From: Armatimonadota bacterium
GTDB lineage: Bacteria > Armatimonadota > Zipacnadia > Zipacnadales > UBA5352
DNA length: 55,018 nt
Assembly: GCA_034722055.1 (NCBI GenBank)
Contig: JAYENL010000316.1
Span: 1-55,018, forward strand
Direction of reading: 5' to 3'
Below, piece by piece: positions 30,078-39,742 of the stretch (its first letter is position 1; every line of letters begins with the position of its first letter). The notes beneath the pieces are model-generated. The model had not been told where the DNA came from and ran no database searches. It worked only from the letters and a program-made list of their open reading frames with translations. The translations under genes were made by a program, and so were the position numbers.

Positions 30078-30467
30078 GGCGTTTGCCGTGCCGTTTGGAG
30101 GGGCGGGCTTCCTTGCCCGCCCAGTCGTTGCCGTACGAAGGTCTCGCGGGCCTTCGGCCCGCAGGCGGGCGAGGGCGCCCGCCTCCCACAGTTGTCAAAC
30201 GATTGAGGACCGAACGGCGGACGGACAGGAGTGTCCGTCCCACGGAACGGCAAACGGCCCCCCACCTTCGCGTAGGTCGGGCTTCCAGCCCGACCCCGGT
30301 TTGCCGTGCCGGGCGAGGGGACGCGCCTCGACTCCCGCCGGTCGTCGTTCGAGCGTGCAGCCGGCCTTCGGCCCGCAGGCGGGCGAGGGCGCCCGCCTCC
30401 CAGGATGATAGTTGAGCGCCGGGCGTTGCCGTCGTGGTCCGGAGCGGCGGGGTCTTTAGACCCGCCG
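30078..30467. repeat. Mosaic cluster of REP-like hairpins (BIME-like)
   Basis: Identical 40-mers at 30149-30188 and 30363-30402; GTAG-GTCGGGC-TTCCA-GCCCGAC; GGAG-GGGCGGGC-TTCCTT-GCCCGCCC; minus-strand GTGG-GACGGACA-CTCC-TGTCCGTC; GGAG-CGGCGGGGTC-TTTA-GACCCGCCG. Confidence 0.85.
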
Positions 30468-30511
30468 GTCGTTTGTCGCGAGCCGTTGTCGTGGTCGTCG
30501 GGAGGAAGGTC

Positions 30512-31570
30512 ATGCTGGCAGCGGTCGTGCCGGAGCCGGGTCGCATCGAGGTCGCGGAGGTCGCGGATCCATCACCGCGCCCCGGTGAGGTCGTCGTCGC
30601 CGTCGAGGCCTGTGGCATCTGCGGGACTGACCTGCACATCGTCGATGGCACCTACCATGCCGAGTACCCGGCAATCCCCGGCCATGAGCTGGCGGGGGTG
30701 GTGGTGGAGGCGCCCGAGCACGCCCCGGTCGAGGTCGGGGCGCGGGTGGCCATCAACCCCAACCTGCCCTGCCGCTCCTGCCGCGCCTGCCACCGGGGCA
30801 TGCCGCACCTGTGCGAGAACGCGCAGGCGGTGGGCGTCACCCGGCCCGGAGGCTTCGCTGAGCTCTGCGCCGCGCCCGCCGAGCTATGCGTTCCGCTTCC
30901 CGAGGAGCTCAGCCTCCGCGACGCGGCGCTGATGGAGCCGCTGTCATGCTGCCTGCACGGGCTGGCCGTGCTCGGCCCCCGGCCGGGCGATCGCGCCGCC
31001 ATCCTGGGGGGCGGGACCATCGGGCTGCTGATGACCCAACTGCTGCGCCTGCAGGGCGCGGCTCCCATCGTCATCTCCGAGCCCGATGCAGGGAAGCGGG
31101 AGCTGGCACTTCGCCTGGGCGCCGACGCAGCCATCGACCCCGGTGCGGATGACCCACGGGAGGCCATCATGAACGCGCTCGGCGGGCCGGCGGACTTCGC
31201 CCTCGAGGCGGTGGGCATCGAGGAGACCGCCGCGCTGGCCATCGACCTTGCCGCGCCGGGCGGCCGCGTGCTGCTCTTCGGCGTCTGCGAGGAGGATGTG
31301 CGGGTGCCGCTCCAGCCGCGGCGCATCTTCCGCGAGGAGATCACCATCGCGGGCTCATACACGAACCCCTTCACCGATGATCGCGCGGTTGCGCTGCTGG
31401 CCGGGGCGCGCATCGATGCGGCTGCGATCATCTCCGAGGAGTTCCCGCTGGCCGAGGCACCCGCGGCGATCGAGCGGGCTCGAAAGCCTGACTCGCTGAA
31501 GGTGATGCTCCGGCCGGGGCTGCGGCCTGAGATTGTCGGTTGCGGGCGGGGGCGCCCGCAGCCCAGGTAA
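30512..31570 (+). CDS. Zinc-dependent alcohol/polyol dehydrogenase (MDR family)
   Basis: CGICGTDLH, GHE, C..C..C.......C structural Zn site, EPLSC, GGGTIG; ATG at 30512 after GGAGG. Confidence 0.93.
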   Translation: MLAAVVPEPGRIEVAEVADPSPRPGEVVVAVEACGICGTDLHIVDGTYHAEYPAIPGHELAGVVVEAPEHAPVEVGARVAINPNLPCRSCRACHRGMPHLCENAQAVGVTRPGGFAELCAAPAELCVPLPEELSLRDAALMEPLSCCLHGLAVLGPRPGDRAAILGGGTIGLLMTQLLRLQGAAPIVISEPDAGKRELALRLGADAAIDPGADDPREAIMNALGGPADFALEAVGIEETAALAIDLAAPGGRVLLFGVCEEDVRVPLQPRRIFREEITIAGSYTNPFTDDRAVALLAGARIDAAAIISEEFPLAEAPAAIERARKPDSLKVMLRPGLRPEIVGCGRGRPQPR

Positions 31571-31672
31571 GTACTGGGGCGCGGGCGGGGCTCTGGCTAC
31601 GGGCAGAGGCGCGCACGCGCCTCCGGGCGCCCTCGCCCGCGCGTTCCACCGACGCTGGGAATTCGCACCCGC
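31517..31672 (+). repeat. Dispersed ~150-nt structured element, copy 3 (overlaps the dehydrogenase stop codon)
   Basis: Aligns with the reverse complement of 6195-6348. Confidence 0.9.
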
Positions 31673-31770
31673 GTCCGGGGGACCGTGCGGCATGACGCGG
31701 GAACTGCGCGGCGCTCGCGATGTTTCGTATCCATGTGCGCCTGCCAAGCCGCGATCCACGAGGTGTCCTT

Positions 31771-34425
31771 ATGATCCGCTCGCTGCCCGTCACGCTCGCA
31801 TTGCTGGCTGCGCTGCCCGCGTGGGCGAGGGCGCCGGCTACCGTCCCTGCCGAGCGCGCGACCGAGAGCGTGGACTCCCCGGAGTTCGCCGCCTGGCTGC
31901 CGGTTGAGCGGACCGGCGCAGAATCCGAGGTGCTGGTGGCGCTCGGCTGGCGGGCGGTCAGCGACTGCTGCCTGCTGCGGCTGACCGGCAGCGAGGCGGA
32001 GCTGCTGCGGGTCGCGCCGGACGGGACGCGCACAGTCGCCCAATCGGATACCGCGGGCCTCCCGCCCGTCGGGCGCTCGGCCGAGGTCGAGGTCCGCAGG
32101 CGCGGCCCGGAGTTGATTGTGGGCATCGGCGACCGAACGCTCCTGCACTGCCTCGTCGAGGAGCCCCTGGACGGGCGAGCCGGGGCCTGGGCGACGACGG
32201 GCGCACGGCTGGAGGGGCTCATGATCCAGCCGCTGGGTGAGATCGCCCTCGACGAGGACTTCTTCGAGGTGAAGTCCGTTCCCGGTCGCTGGGACACGCT
32301 GCGGGGCTCCTGGGAGGTGGGCGTCTACTGGGACCCGCTGCAGGAGCGGGATCATCGCCCCATCGGCGCCTCGTGGTACCAGCCCGGCGAGGGGGACTGC
32401 CTGGCCGCCGCCGGCCACGTCTTCTGGGACAGCTACCGCCTGGAGGCCACCGCGCGCATCCCTCAGGGCGCGGGCGGGCCGGCCTTCCACGTCATGGGGT
32501 CGGACGACTTCTGCGCCCTGGAGCTCGACGCGGCCGGCGCGCTTCGCCTGGTGCAGGTGGTGAACCGGGAGCGCCGGGTCTTGGCCGAGGCCCCGGTGAA
32601 GGTGCGTCCGGACTGGTGGTATCGACTCGGCGTCGAGGTCTCCACCGGCCTGGCGGAGTGCTTCCTGAACGACCAGCTCATCATCCGCGGCGAGCTCTCG
32701 CCGGCGCTGTCGGGCAGGATCGGCCTCTGGGCCGATGGCGCCGTGCAGAGCCGCTTCGACGACGTCTCCGTACGGTCGATCCATGTCGTTCGGGTACCTG
32801 AGCAGGCCACGGCTGAGGAGGCTCTGCAGTTCAAGGAGGGGTCATGGCAGATCGAAGAGGGAGCCGTCCACGGCCGCGTTGCCGCCGGCGAGGTGGCAGC
32901 CCTGCGCGGCGGCTCCTTCCGAGACATGCGCGTGTCGGCCCGCGTGGAGGCGACGCGGAACGCGACCGCGGGAGTGGTCGCCAGTCACGTGTCAGGCCAG
33001 CACGCCATGCTCTTCACGGTGACAGCGTCGGATCAGCCGACATGGCACCTGCACGCGGCGCAGTCCGGGGAGACGACCAAGCTCGCTGAGGGTCCAGCGC
33101 CGGCGGCCGGCGGCGAGATGACCCTGACCTGCTGCGGCGGCCTCGTCGAGTGCGCACTGGGCGGAACGGTGGTCCACCGGTCGTACCACACGCCGCAGAT
33201 GCTGGGGCGCTGCGGCGTTTATCTCCAGGGCGGACGCGCGACCTTCACAGGTCTGATGTGCAAGGCGCTGGACGACAGCCCCCAGGCGGTGCTCTGTGAG
33301 GCCGATGGTGCGAACACGCCCGTACCGGCGCTGGAGCAGAAGCGGATGCTTCGGCCCATCGGCAGCCGCTGGATCCCGGTGGGCGGCTCCTGGAGGTGCG
33401 CGTCGTATCAGGAGGGGCAGGCCATCCTGGCGAGCCCGGGGGGAGATGAGCCGGCGCAGCTTCGCTACCACGCCCAGGTGCCCGGAGACCTCAGGGTCAT
33501 TGCAGACATGGCCGATGTTGCCGACGGCGCGCAGATCTCTTTGGGGGTGCACGCCGACAACGCATCGGGCTACTGCCTGCGCGTGTCCTCGGACGGGAGC
33601 GCGCAACTGCTGCGCGGGGAGCAGGTCGTCGAGGAGGCCGTTGCCGGGCAGCCGCTCTCCGCCAGTCGCGTTGAGCTGAAATGCGATGGTGCGTGGCTCG
33701 TGGGGCGGGTAGGCGAGGAGGCACTCATCGCGTGGCGGGACCGTGCGCCCCTGCAGTGCGGTCGGCCCGAGGTGACCGTCACCGGCGGCCAGGCCGTCAT
33801 CAGGCGCCTCACACTCGCCAGCGACAGCGCGCGCGTCTACAGGTTCGACCGCGTGGAGCCCGACTGGCAGCCTGCTACCGGCGCCTGGTCGGATCACACC
33901 GGGATGGCCTGCATCCTGTGGGACTACTGGATGACCGGCGACGGGCGCGAGGAGCCGGCCCTCACCTGGAACCGCCATCGCCTCGACGGCGACGTGACGC
34001 TGGAGGTCTCGGTCTCAGAGTTCACCGAAGGCCACGAGAGCGGCCACCATCAGCACTTCCCCTACCATGACATCCGGCTGGCGCTGGCCGGAAAGCCCGG
34101 GCAGCCCGATAGCGGCTACGTCTTCATCGCGGGCGCCGACGGCGGCCGGCGCACTGTCCTGCTGCGGCGCGGCCAGGAGGTGGCATCCACCGACGACAGG
34201 CGCTTCCGCATCGTGATGGGCGGGCACTGCAACTCGCCCCGCGCCGTCCGGCTCCAGGCCCGACGCGCCGGCGCGGAGCTGAGCCTGACCTTCAACGGGG
34301 TGGAGGCGCTGTGCTGGGAGGACCCCCAGCCGCTGGGTGGAGGGCACGTGGGTCTGGGCTGCGAGGATTGCCGCGCCAACTTCCGGGACTGCGTCCTCCA
34401 CGAGGCGGCCGCGCCCCCGAGCTAA
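31771..34425 (+). CDS. Large secreted protein with repeated jelly-roll (DUF1080/LamG-like) domains
   Basis: Signal peptide; repeated W....G.W...G...G.IGL....RFDDV type units. Confidence 0.65.
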   Translation: MIRSLPVTLALLAALPAWARAPATVPAERATESVDSPEFAAWLPVERTGAESEVLVALGWRAVSDCCLLRLTGSEAELLRVAPDGTRTVAQSDTAGLPPVGRSAEVEVRRRGPELIVGIGDRTLLHCLVEEPLDGRAGAWATTGARLEGLMIQPLGEIALDEDFFEVKSVPGRWDTLRGSWEVGVYWDPLQERDHRPIGASWYQPGEGDCLAAAGHVFWDSYRLEATARIPQGAGGPAFHVMGSDDFCALELDAAGALRLVQVVNRERRVLAEAPVKVRPDWWYRLGVEVSTGLAECFLNDQLIIRGELSPALSGRIGLWADGAVQSRFDDVSVRSIHVVRVPEQATAEEALQFKEGSWQIEEGAVHGRVAAGEVAALRGGSFRDMRVSARVEATRNATAGVVASHVSGQHAMLFTVTASDQPTWHLHAAQSGETTKLAEGPAPAAGGEMTLTCCGGLVECALGGTVVHRSYHTPQMLGRCGVYLQGGRATFTGLMCKALDDSPQAVLCEADGANTPVPALEQKRMLRPIGSRWIPVGGSWRCASYQEGQAILASPGGDEPAQLRYHAQVPGDLRVIADMADVADGAQISLGVHADNASGYCLRVSSDGSAQLLRGEQVVEEAVAGQPLSASRVELKCDGAWLVGRVGEEALIAWRDRAPLQCGRPEVTVTGGQAVIRRLTLASDSARVYRFDRVEPDWQPATGAWSDHTGMACILWDYWMTGDGREEPALTWNRHRLDGDVTLEVSVSEFTEGHESGHHQHFPYHDIRLALAGKPGQPDSGYVFIAGADGGRRTVLLRRGQEVASTDDRRFRIVMGGHCNSPRAVRLQARRAGAELSLTFNGVEALCWEDPQPLGGGHVGLGCEDCRANFRDCVLHEAAAPPS

Positions 34426-34438
34426 TGCGCACCACTCC

Positions 34439-34519
34439 CGTAGGTCGGCCTGCGCCTGACGGCGTTTGTCAGGCGCAGGTGAGAGCGCGCCGGAGCGCGC
34501 TCTCAGCTTCCAGCCCGAC
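34439..34519 (+). repeat. GTAG-type REP interrupted by a 57-nt double-hairpin insert
   Basis: CGTAGGTCGG[insert 34449-34505]GCTTCCAGCCCGAC versus the intact copy at 30270-30293. Confidence 0.75.
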
Positions 34520-34580
34520 ATCCATTGCGGCAGCATCCAGATTGATGTGCCTGTCCTCTGTACTGACGCCCCCGATGCCC

Positions 34581-34635
34581 GCGGAGGGGCCGCCTGAGGA
34601 GCGCATGCCCTTTATGCGCGACGAAGCCGGCCCGC
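34581..34635 (+). repeat. GGAG-tagged tandem-GA hairpin motif, copy b
   Basis: GCGGAGGGGCCGCCTGAGGA-GCGCAT..ATGCGC-GACGAAGCCGGCCCGC. Confidence 0.75.
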
Positions 34636-34811
34636 GACCCCACGAGACAGAACGGCCGGGCCGGCTTCGGCTCCAGCAAACCACGCTGGAGCCTCAGGCG
34701 GCCCCTCCCCTACTACCACCGGCATTCCGACAGTCTGCTCCCCGGCCCTCGCGCTGGGCACACGCATCTGGATGCTGCCATCCATCGCCGTGCGAGCCTC
34801 CGGCACTCAGC

Positions 34812-37094
34812 CTACCCTCGAGAGCGGAAGCCGTAGACGCTCCCGTCGTTGCAGCCGACGACGACCGACCCCTGCGAGATGGCGGGGGAGGAGGCGACCT
34901 CGCCCCCGGTCTCGTACTCCCACACGCACACTCCGCTGTCGATCTCCAGGGCATACAGGTGGCAGTCGTGGGAGCCGCAGTAGACCGTGCCTCCGCTGAT
35001 GGCCGGTGAGGAGTTGACCCAGTCCTGGGTAGCGAAGTGCCACAGGCGCTTGCCGGTACGGACGTCGAGCGCGTAGATGCGGCCGTCGCGGGAGCCGAAG
35101 ATGACGCGGCCCTCGTGGACGGCGGGGGAGCTGTGGATCTCGCCCTCAGTCTGGAACTCCCAGCGCTTGGCGCCGGTGGCGGCGTCGAGCGCGTAGAGCC
35201 GGCTGTCGCAGGAGCCGACGTAGACCGCTCCCTCGACCCAGGCGGGGGTGCCGATGACCTCCCCGCCGGTCGCAAACTCCCAGTTGACCTCCCCCGTCGC
35301 CGTGTCCAGTGACCGGACCATGAAGTCGCTGGAGCCGATGTAGAGCGCGCCTTCCCGCACCGCGGGGGACGAAAAGATGGACATGCCGGTGGACCGCTGC
35401 CACACCACCCGCTGGGCGTGGAGGTCCAGGGCGTAGACGATGCCGCCGCTGTCCGCGAAGTAGAGCATGGAGCCGGAGACGGCCGGGCTGGTCTCCACGA
35501 TGTTCTCCGCCATCATCCCCCAGATGCGCTCACCCGAGCGCGCGTCCAGGCAGAGCAGTTGCCGATGTGCGCCCACGTAGAGGCGGCGACCGCGGACCAC
35601 GGCCGGGCCGGTGTTGACCTCGTAGCTGGTACCGAAGTCCCAGAGCATGTCGCCCCGCTTCGCGCTCAGGGCGCAGAGCCGCCCCACGTTGCCCTGGCGC
35701 TCCGTGCGCGTCCCGACAAAGACCACGCCGTTGGAGACTGACGGCGAGCCGAGCACCCAGGAGCCGATCGACACCTGCCACCGCCTGACCAGCGGCGGCA
35801 CCACCGTCTCGGGCGTGAACCCCGACCGCGTGACGTTCCCGCGGAACATGGGCCAGTTGTAGGCGGGCTGGCGGCTGTCGGCGCGGCCCCGGGCCAGCTC
35901 CAAAGCCACCTCATCCAGGAGCGTGCGAGCGTCATCGAACTCGGGATTGAGGTCCGCCGCCTGGCGCAGCAGGTCCAGCGCCTCCCGGAGCTGGCCCTCA
36001 TCGCGCAGAGCGACCGCCCGCTGATACAGCTCCTCGGAGCGCTCCATCTGCTCGGGCGTGCGGGGCGGCTCCTCGGCCTCCTCTTCCTGCTCCTCCCGGG
36101 GCGGTTCGGTAGTGATGCCCAAGAGACCGTCCGCGTGGGTGATCGGCGCCGCGCAGACCGGGCAGGAGACGTAATCGTGCTGCGTCCGGTATCCGCAGAC
36201 GGTGCACAGGAGCACGTCGGCGTCAGCGTAGGCCTCCTCGATCTCCTCCTGGGCCTCCAGCAGCGCCTCCTGCAGCTCGGCGAAGCTGTCGAAGCGGTCC
36301 GTGCGCTTCTTCTCGATGCACCGGAGGATGATGCGCTCCATGACCACCGGCAGGTCCTCACGCAGCTCTCGCGGCGTGGGCGGCTCACTCTCGAGGATGT
36401 CGTGGATGAGCTTGCCCACGCTGTCGCCGCGCACGGGATACTTGCCGGTCAGCGCCCGGTAGAGGACGACTCCGAAGGAGTAGATGTCGGAGGTGCGGTC
36501 GGCGGAGGCGGCGTCCAAAAACTGCTCCGGGGGCATGTAGACGTAGGTGCCCAGCCCGATGCCCGCGTCGGTCAGGCGCGTGGAGACGCCGTAGACCTTC
36601 GCGAGGCCGAAGTCCGTGATCTTCACCCGCCCGCTGCGCTCGATCATGATGTTGGCGGGCTTGAGATCGCGGTGGATCACTCCGCTGTCACCCGGGCCCA
36701 CCTCCGCCGAGTGCACGTACTCCATACCATCGCACACCTGCAGGGCGTAGTCCACCACCTGGGGCGGGAAGAGGGTGCTCTCGGCATCGATGAGGTCGCC
36801 CAGACTGGGGCCGTCAACGTAGTCGAGGAACAGGAATGGCTGGCCCTTGATCTCGCGGTAGATGATGGCCTCCACGATGTGGTCGTGGTGGCCCAGATTC
36901 ATCCAGGTGCGCGCCTCCTGCGCGAAGCGATCCACGGCGGTGCGGTCCTCGAGCATCTCCTCCTTCACCGTCTTGACGGCGAAGCGCTTCTGGGAGAACT
37001 CATCGAGGACGATGTACACCACGCTCATGCCGCCCCGGTACTTCTCCAGGACGGTGTACTGATCGTCGATCTGATCGCGCAGTGAGAACTCCAC
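34812..37094 (-). CDS. Hanks-type Ser/Thr kinase fused to zinc ribbon, TPR and PQQ-like beta-propeller
   Basis: GGMSVVY, AVK, HRDLKPAN, DFG, GT.VYMPPEQ, DIYSFG; CTVC/CPVC; TPR; WPMFRGN..RSG and SSPA...G.VY.GS.D..LYALD...G...W repeats; GTG start after GAGGAGG. Confidence 0.93.
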   Translation of the reverse strand: MEFSLRDQIDDQYTVLEKYRGGMSVVYIVLDEFSQKRFAVKTVKEEMLEDRTAVDRFAQEARTWMNLGHHDHIVEAIIYREIKGQPFLFLDYVDGPSLGDLIDAESTLFPPQVVDYALQVCDGMEYVHSAEVGPGDSGVIHRDLKPANIMIERSGRVKITDFGLAKVYGVSTRLTDAGIGLGTYVYMPPEQFLDAASADRTSDIYSFGVVLYRALTGKYPVRGDSVGKLIHDILESEPPTPRELREDLPVVMERIILRCIEKKRTDRFDSFAELQEALLEAQEEIEEAYADADVLLCTVCGYRTQHDYVSCPVCAAPITHADGLLGITTEPPREEQEEEAEEPPRTPEQMERSEELYQRAVALRDEGQLREALDLLRQAADLNPEFDDARTLLDEVALELARGRADSRQPAYNWPMFRGNVTRSGFTPETVVPPLVRRWQVSIGSWVLGSPSVSNGVVFVGTRTERQGNVGRLCALSAKRGDMLWDFGTSYEVNTGPAVVRGRRLYVGAHRQLLCLDARSGERIWGMMAENIVETSPAVSGSMLYFADSGGIVYALDLHAQRVVWQRSTGMSIFSSPAVREGALYIGSSDFMVRSLDTATGEVNWEFATGGEVIGTPAWVEGAVYVGSCDSRLYALDAATGAKRWEFQTEGEIHSSPAVHEGRVIFGSRDGRIYALDVRTGKRLWHFATQDWVNSSPAISGGTVYCGSHDCHLYALEIDSGVCVWEYETGGEVASSPAISQGSVVVGCNDGSVYGFRSRG

Positions 37095-37316
37095 GGCCGT
37101 CCTCCTCAGCGACGTGCCCCTCATCTGTAGTATGCGCGCCGCCGGCGTAGGAATCCTGCAAGCAGGGGAGCTCTGTCAGAGGCTGACGCCGATCGCAGAG
37201 ATGTCGCGCGGGCCACGCGCCAGTGCCGCCTCGTTGGACGTTGGGGACTGGGGAGCCCTCGGCTGTGGCGGTGGACTTCACCCCGGGCTGCGGCCTCAGC
37301 GACGACTGAGACGGAA

Positions 37317-37343
37317 ACGGGCCCGCCGCTCTGGCGGGCCCGT
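37317..37343 (-). terminator. Hairpin downstream of the 37376-39538 gene
   Basis: ACGGGCCCGCC-N5-GGCGGGCCCGT followed by a short T run on the minus strand. Confidence 0.6.
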
Positions 37344-37375
37344 GGTCAGGCTGGTCAGGCTGCTCTCAGGTTACT

Positions 37376-39538
37376 TTAGAAGAGCGTCTCGTACTTGACC
37401 TCCGCCTCGACGTTGTCATCGAGGCCGACGCTCATCTCCGGCGGCTCCTCTCGCGACACGGTCAGGATCAGCCTGCCCTCGTCGCCCGGCCACCGGCGCT
37501 TGTAGGTCAGGTCCAGCAGCGATGCCGGCGGCTCGCCCCGCTTCGGGTAGGGCACGAAGTGCCCGGAGCGGTACCACAGCGCGATCTGCCCGCCCCTCTC
37601 CTCCTGCCCACCGTCCAGCTTGAGCTGCCAGAAGTTCTCCGTCTCCGTGTCCACGCCGTGCGGCAGGAAGTAGCGGTAGCCCAGGTCCATGCTCACGCTG
37701 CCGAAGATCTTACGCCTGTAGCCCAGCTCGTAGACATCCGACAGCATGGTCTGCTTTCCGCGTGGGTCGAGCGGGTTCCGGATGTAGTCGAGGACCAGCG
37801 AGCCGCCAAGGGCACCCATGGCCATTCCCATCGACCGCTCCGGCTGCGGGCGGCTGGCCTGCTCGACGAAGCCCGCGCGCAGACCAACCTGCGCCGGGTC
37901 GCCGGCGCGCAGCTCCACGCTGGTGCTCGGCTCCGGCAGCGGCTTTCTCTTCTTCTCGTCGAACTCGGCGTAGGCCGCCTGCAGCCCCAGGTCGGAGTTG
38001 GCGCCCACACTCACCTCCGCATTGACCGCCGTGTCCTCCTGCTGCTCCTGCACGCCGTAGCTGGTGTAGCCCACGCGCATGTCGAGCCCGCCGGGCTTGC
38101 GCGCCAGCTCCAGATAGCGGAGGATGGTCGGCGAGCCGTCCACCTGCTCGGCCTCCATGATCCGACCACGCAGCGAGGTGCTCGGAGAGAGCGCGAGCAT
38201 GGTCTGAACGTCGCGGTTGCTGACCTCCGAGGCGCCGGGCCGCTCCGACAGCGTGTAGCCGGCCTGCACCTCCAGCGGGTGGAAGGGCTGCACATTCAGG
38301 GCGATGTGGGAGACCCGCGAGGTCTCGTCGCCGTCCACCTTGTCGCGCACCTGGCTGGCTGAGAGGGACATGAAGTCCGCAAGGCTCACCCGCGGCGTCG
38401 CCAGGCGCAGGCGCTCGTGATGGCGCAGCCCCTCGCCCTGCGGCTGGACCGTTTCGGTCCGCTCCAGGACGCCCTGTCCGCCGCTGAACTGCGAGGCCAG
38501 CCGGGTGACGCGCTGCTCCGTCCACGCCTCGCCCTTCACCGTCTCCGTGAGAATGTGCTGGAGCGTCGATTCGTGTCCGAACAGGTTCATGGGCGTGCTG
38601 AGGGTCAGCACGCTCTTCTCGTCGCGACTGCCGCCCTTGATCTTGGTCTCTTCGTTGAAGGCCATGTGCGCGCCGCTGCGCACCATGTCCAGCGGCACGT
38701 CCAGCTTCGTGACGCGATGGATCTCTTCGCTGCTGTCGGTGATCTTCTCGCTCAGATGGTGCTCCGCCAGGGCAGTACCGCCCTCGACGGCGAACGGGGC
38801 CTTGAGATCGAAGACGCGCGTCTGCAGCCTCCGTCCCTGCAGCAGGCGGTCCAGGTAGTCATAGTGCGCCAGGGCCTCTCCGCCCGAGAGAGCCATCTTG
38901 AGGGTCCCCCGGTAGCTGGTCTCCGACAGGCGAAGCGGGGACTCCTCAGATTCTCGCTGGCTGAAGCTGGCCGCCAGACTCGTTCCCGCGCCCAGGCCGG
39001 TCTGCAGGGCGGCACTCTGCTCCAGAGTGCGCAGCTCGTCGCCATAGCCCTTGCGCTCGCTGGTCAGCATGCGGGAGAGGGTAAGCTGACCGCCGCTGCT
39101 GCCGCCGCCGAAGCCCTGCTGCAACTGCATGCCCGTGACGCTGCGCTCTGACACCAGCGACTGCAGAACATCCCTCACGGCGGTCTCATCGCGCGTGAGG
39201 TTCATCTGGGTGCGGGAGCCCAGCGAGAGGGTGGCCTGCGTATGGGTCTCCTCCGCGATCCCGGTGTCGAACCACACGCCCCCCAACTGGATCTCCTTGC
39301 GCTCGAACGCCTGATACAGGGCCATGCCCGACGGCAGGCGCAATTCGATCTCGTACTCGTTCGTGTTCGGCACCAGGCCCGACTGCCCATCGTCGGCGGT
39401 CGGCGAGATGCTCTCCCGCGGGGTGATGCTCTCGATGAAGAACCCATCAGCAGCCGCGCCCTCCTGGCCCCACGCCATGGGCGCGCCCAGCAGAGCCACG
39501 AACAGGACAGCTATTGTCAGCGCTCTCAGCTTCGGCAT
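37376..39538 (-). CDS. Putative outer-membrane beta-barrel protein of unknown family
   Basis: Signal peptide; alternating polar/hydrophobic strands throughout; C-terminus VEAEVKYETLF ends in Phe. Confidence 0.65.
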   Translation of the reverse strand: MPKLRALTIAVLFVALLGAPMAWGQEGAAADGFFIESITPRESISPTADDGQSGLVPNTNEYEIELRLPSGMALYQAFERKEIQLGGVWFDTGIAEETHTQATLSLGSRTQMNLTRDETAVRDVLQSLVSERSVTGMQLQQGFGGGSSGGQLTLSRMLTSERKGYGDELRTLEQSAALQTGLGAGTSLAASFSQRESEESPLRLSETSYRGTLKMALSGGEALAHYDYLDRLLQGRRLQTRVFDLKAPFAVEGGTALAEHHLSEKITDSSEEIHRVTKLDVPLDMVRSGAHMAFNEETKIKGGSRDEKSVLTLSTPMNLFGHESTLQHILTETVKGEAWTEQRVTRLASQFSGGQGVLERTETVQPQGEGLRHHERLRLATPRVSLADFMSLSASQVRDKVDGDETSRVSHIALNVQPFHPLEVQAGYTLSERPGASEVSNRDVQTMLALSPSTSLRGRIMEAEQVDGSPTILRYLELARKPGGLDMRVGYTSYGVQEQQEDTAVNAEVSVGANSDLGLQAAYAEFDEKKRKPLPEPSTSVELRAGDPAQVGLRAGFVEQASRPQPERSMGMAMGALGGSLVLDYIRNPLDPRGKQTMLSDVYELGYRRKIFGSVSMDLGYRYFLPHGVDTETENFWQLKLDGGQEERGGQIALWYRSGHFVPYPKRGEPPASLLDLTYKRRWPGDEGRLILTVSREEPPEMSVGLDDNVEAEVKYETLF

Positions 39539-39713
39539 TGTACTGTGCAGTCTCCAGAGATCGGTACGCTGAAACGGGCTCTCGTGATCGCTCCTCCTGG
39601 TTCTTTAGACACCACAGACCAGGAAACGTTCCCTGCCTTGCCGATATCTGGACGCCATGCCCGGCCGCTCGCCGGCCAGCATGGCACCGACCTCGGACCA
39701 TCGTCCACTATTA

Positions 39714-39742
39714 AGTATGCGACATATCGCTCTCGTTGTCAA
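39714..39742 (-). promoter_or_regulatory. Sigma70-type promoter for the barrel gene
   Basis: TTGACA-N17-CATACT on the minus strand, in a locally AT-rich patch. Confidence 0.55.

Noticed and set aside
34581..34635. Hammerhead ribozyme (CTGAGGA-stem-GA), also at 44312-44363
   Set aside because: The invariant GAAA after stem II is GACG or GAGG, and no stem I/III with an NUH cleavage site is evident
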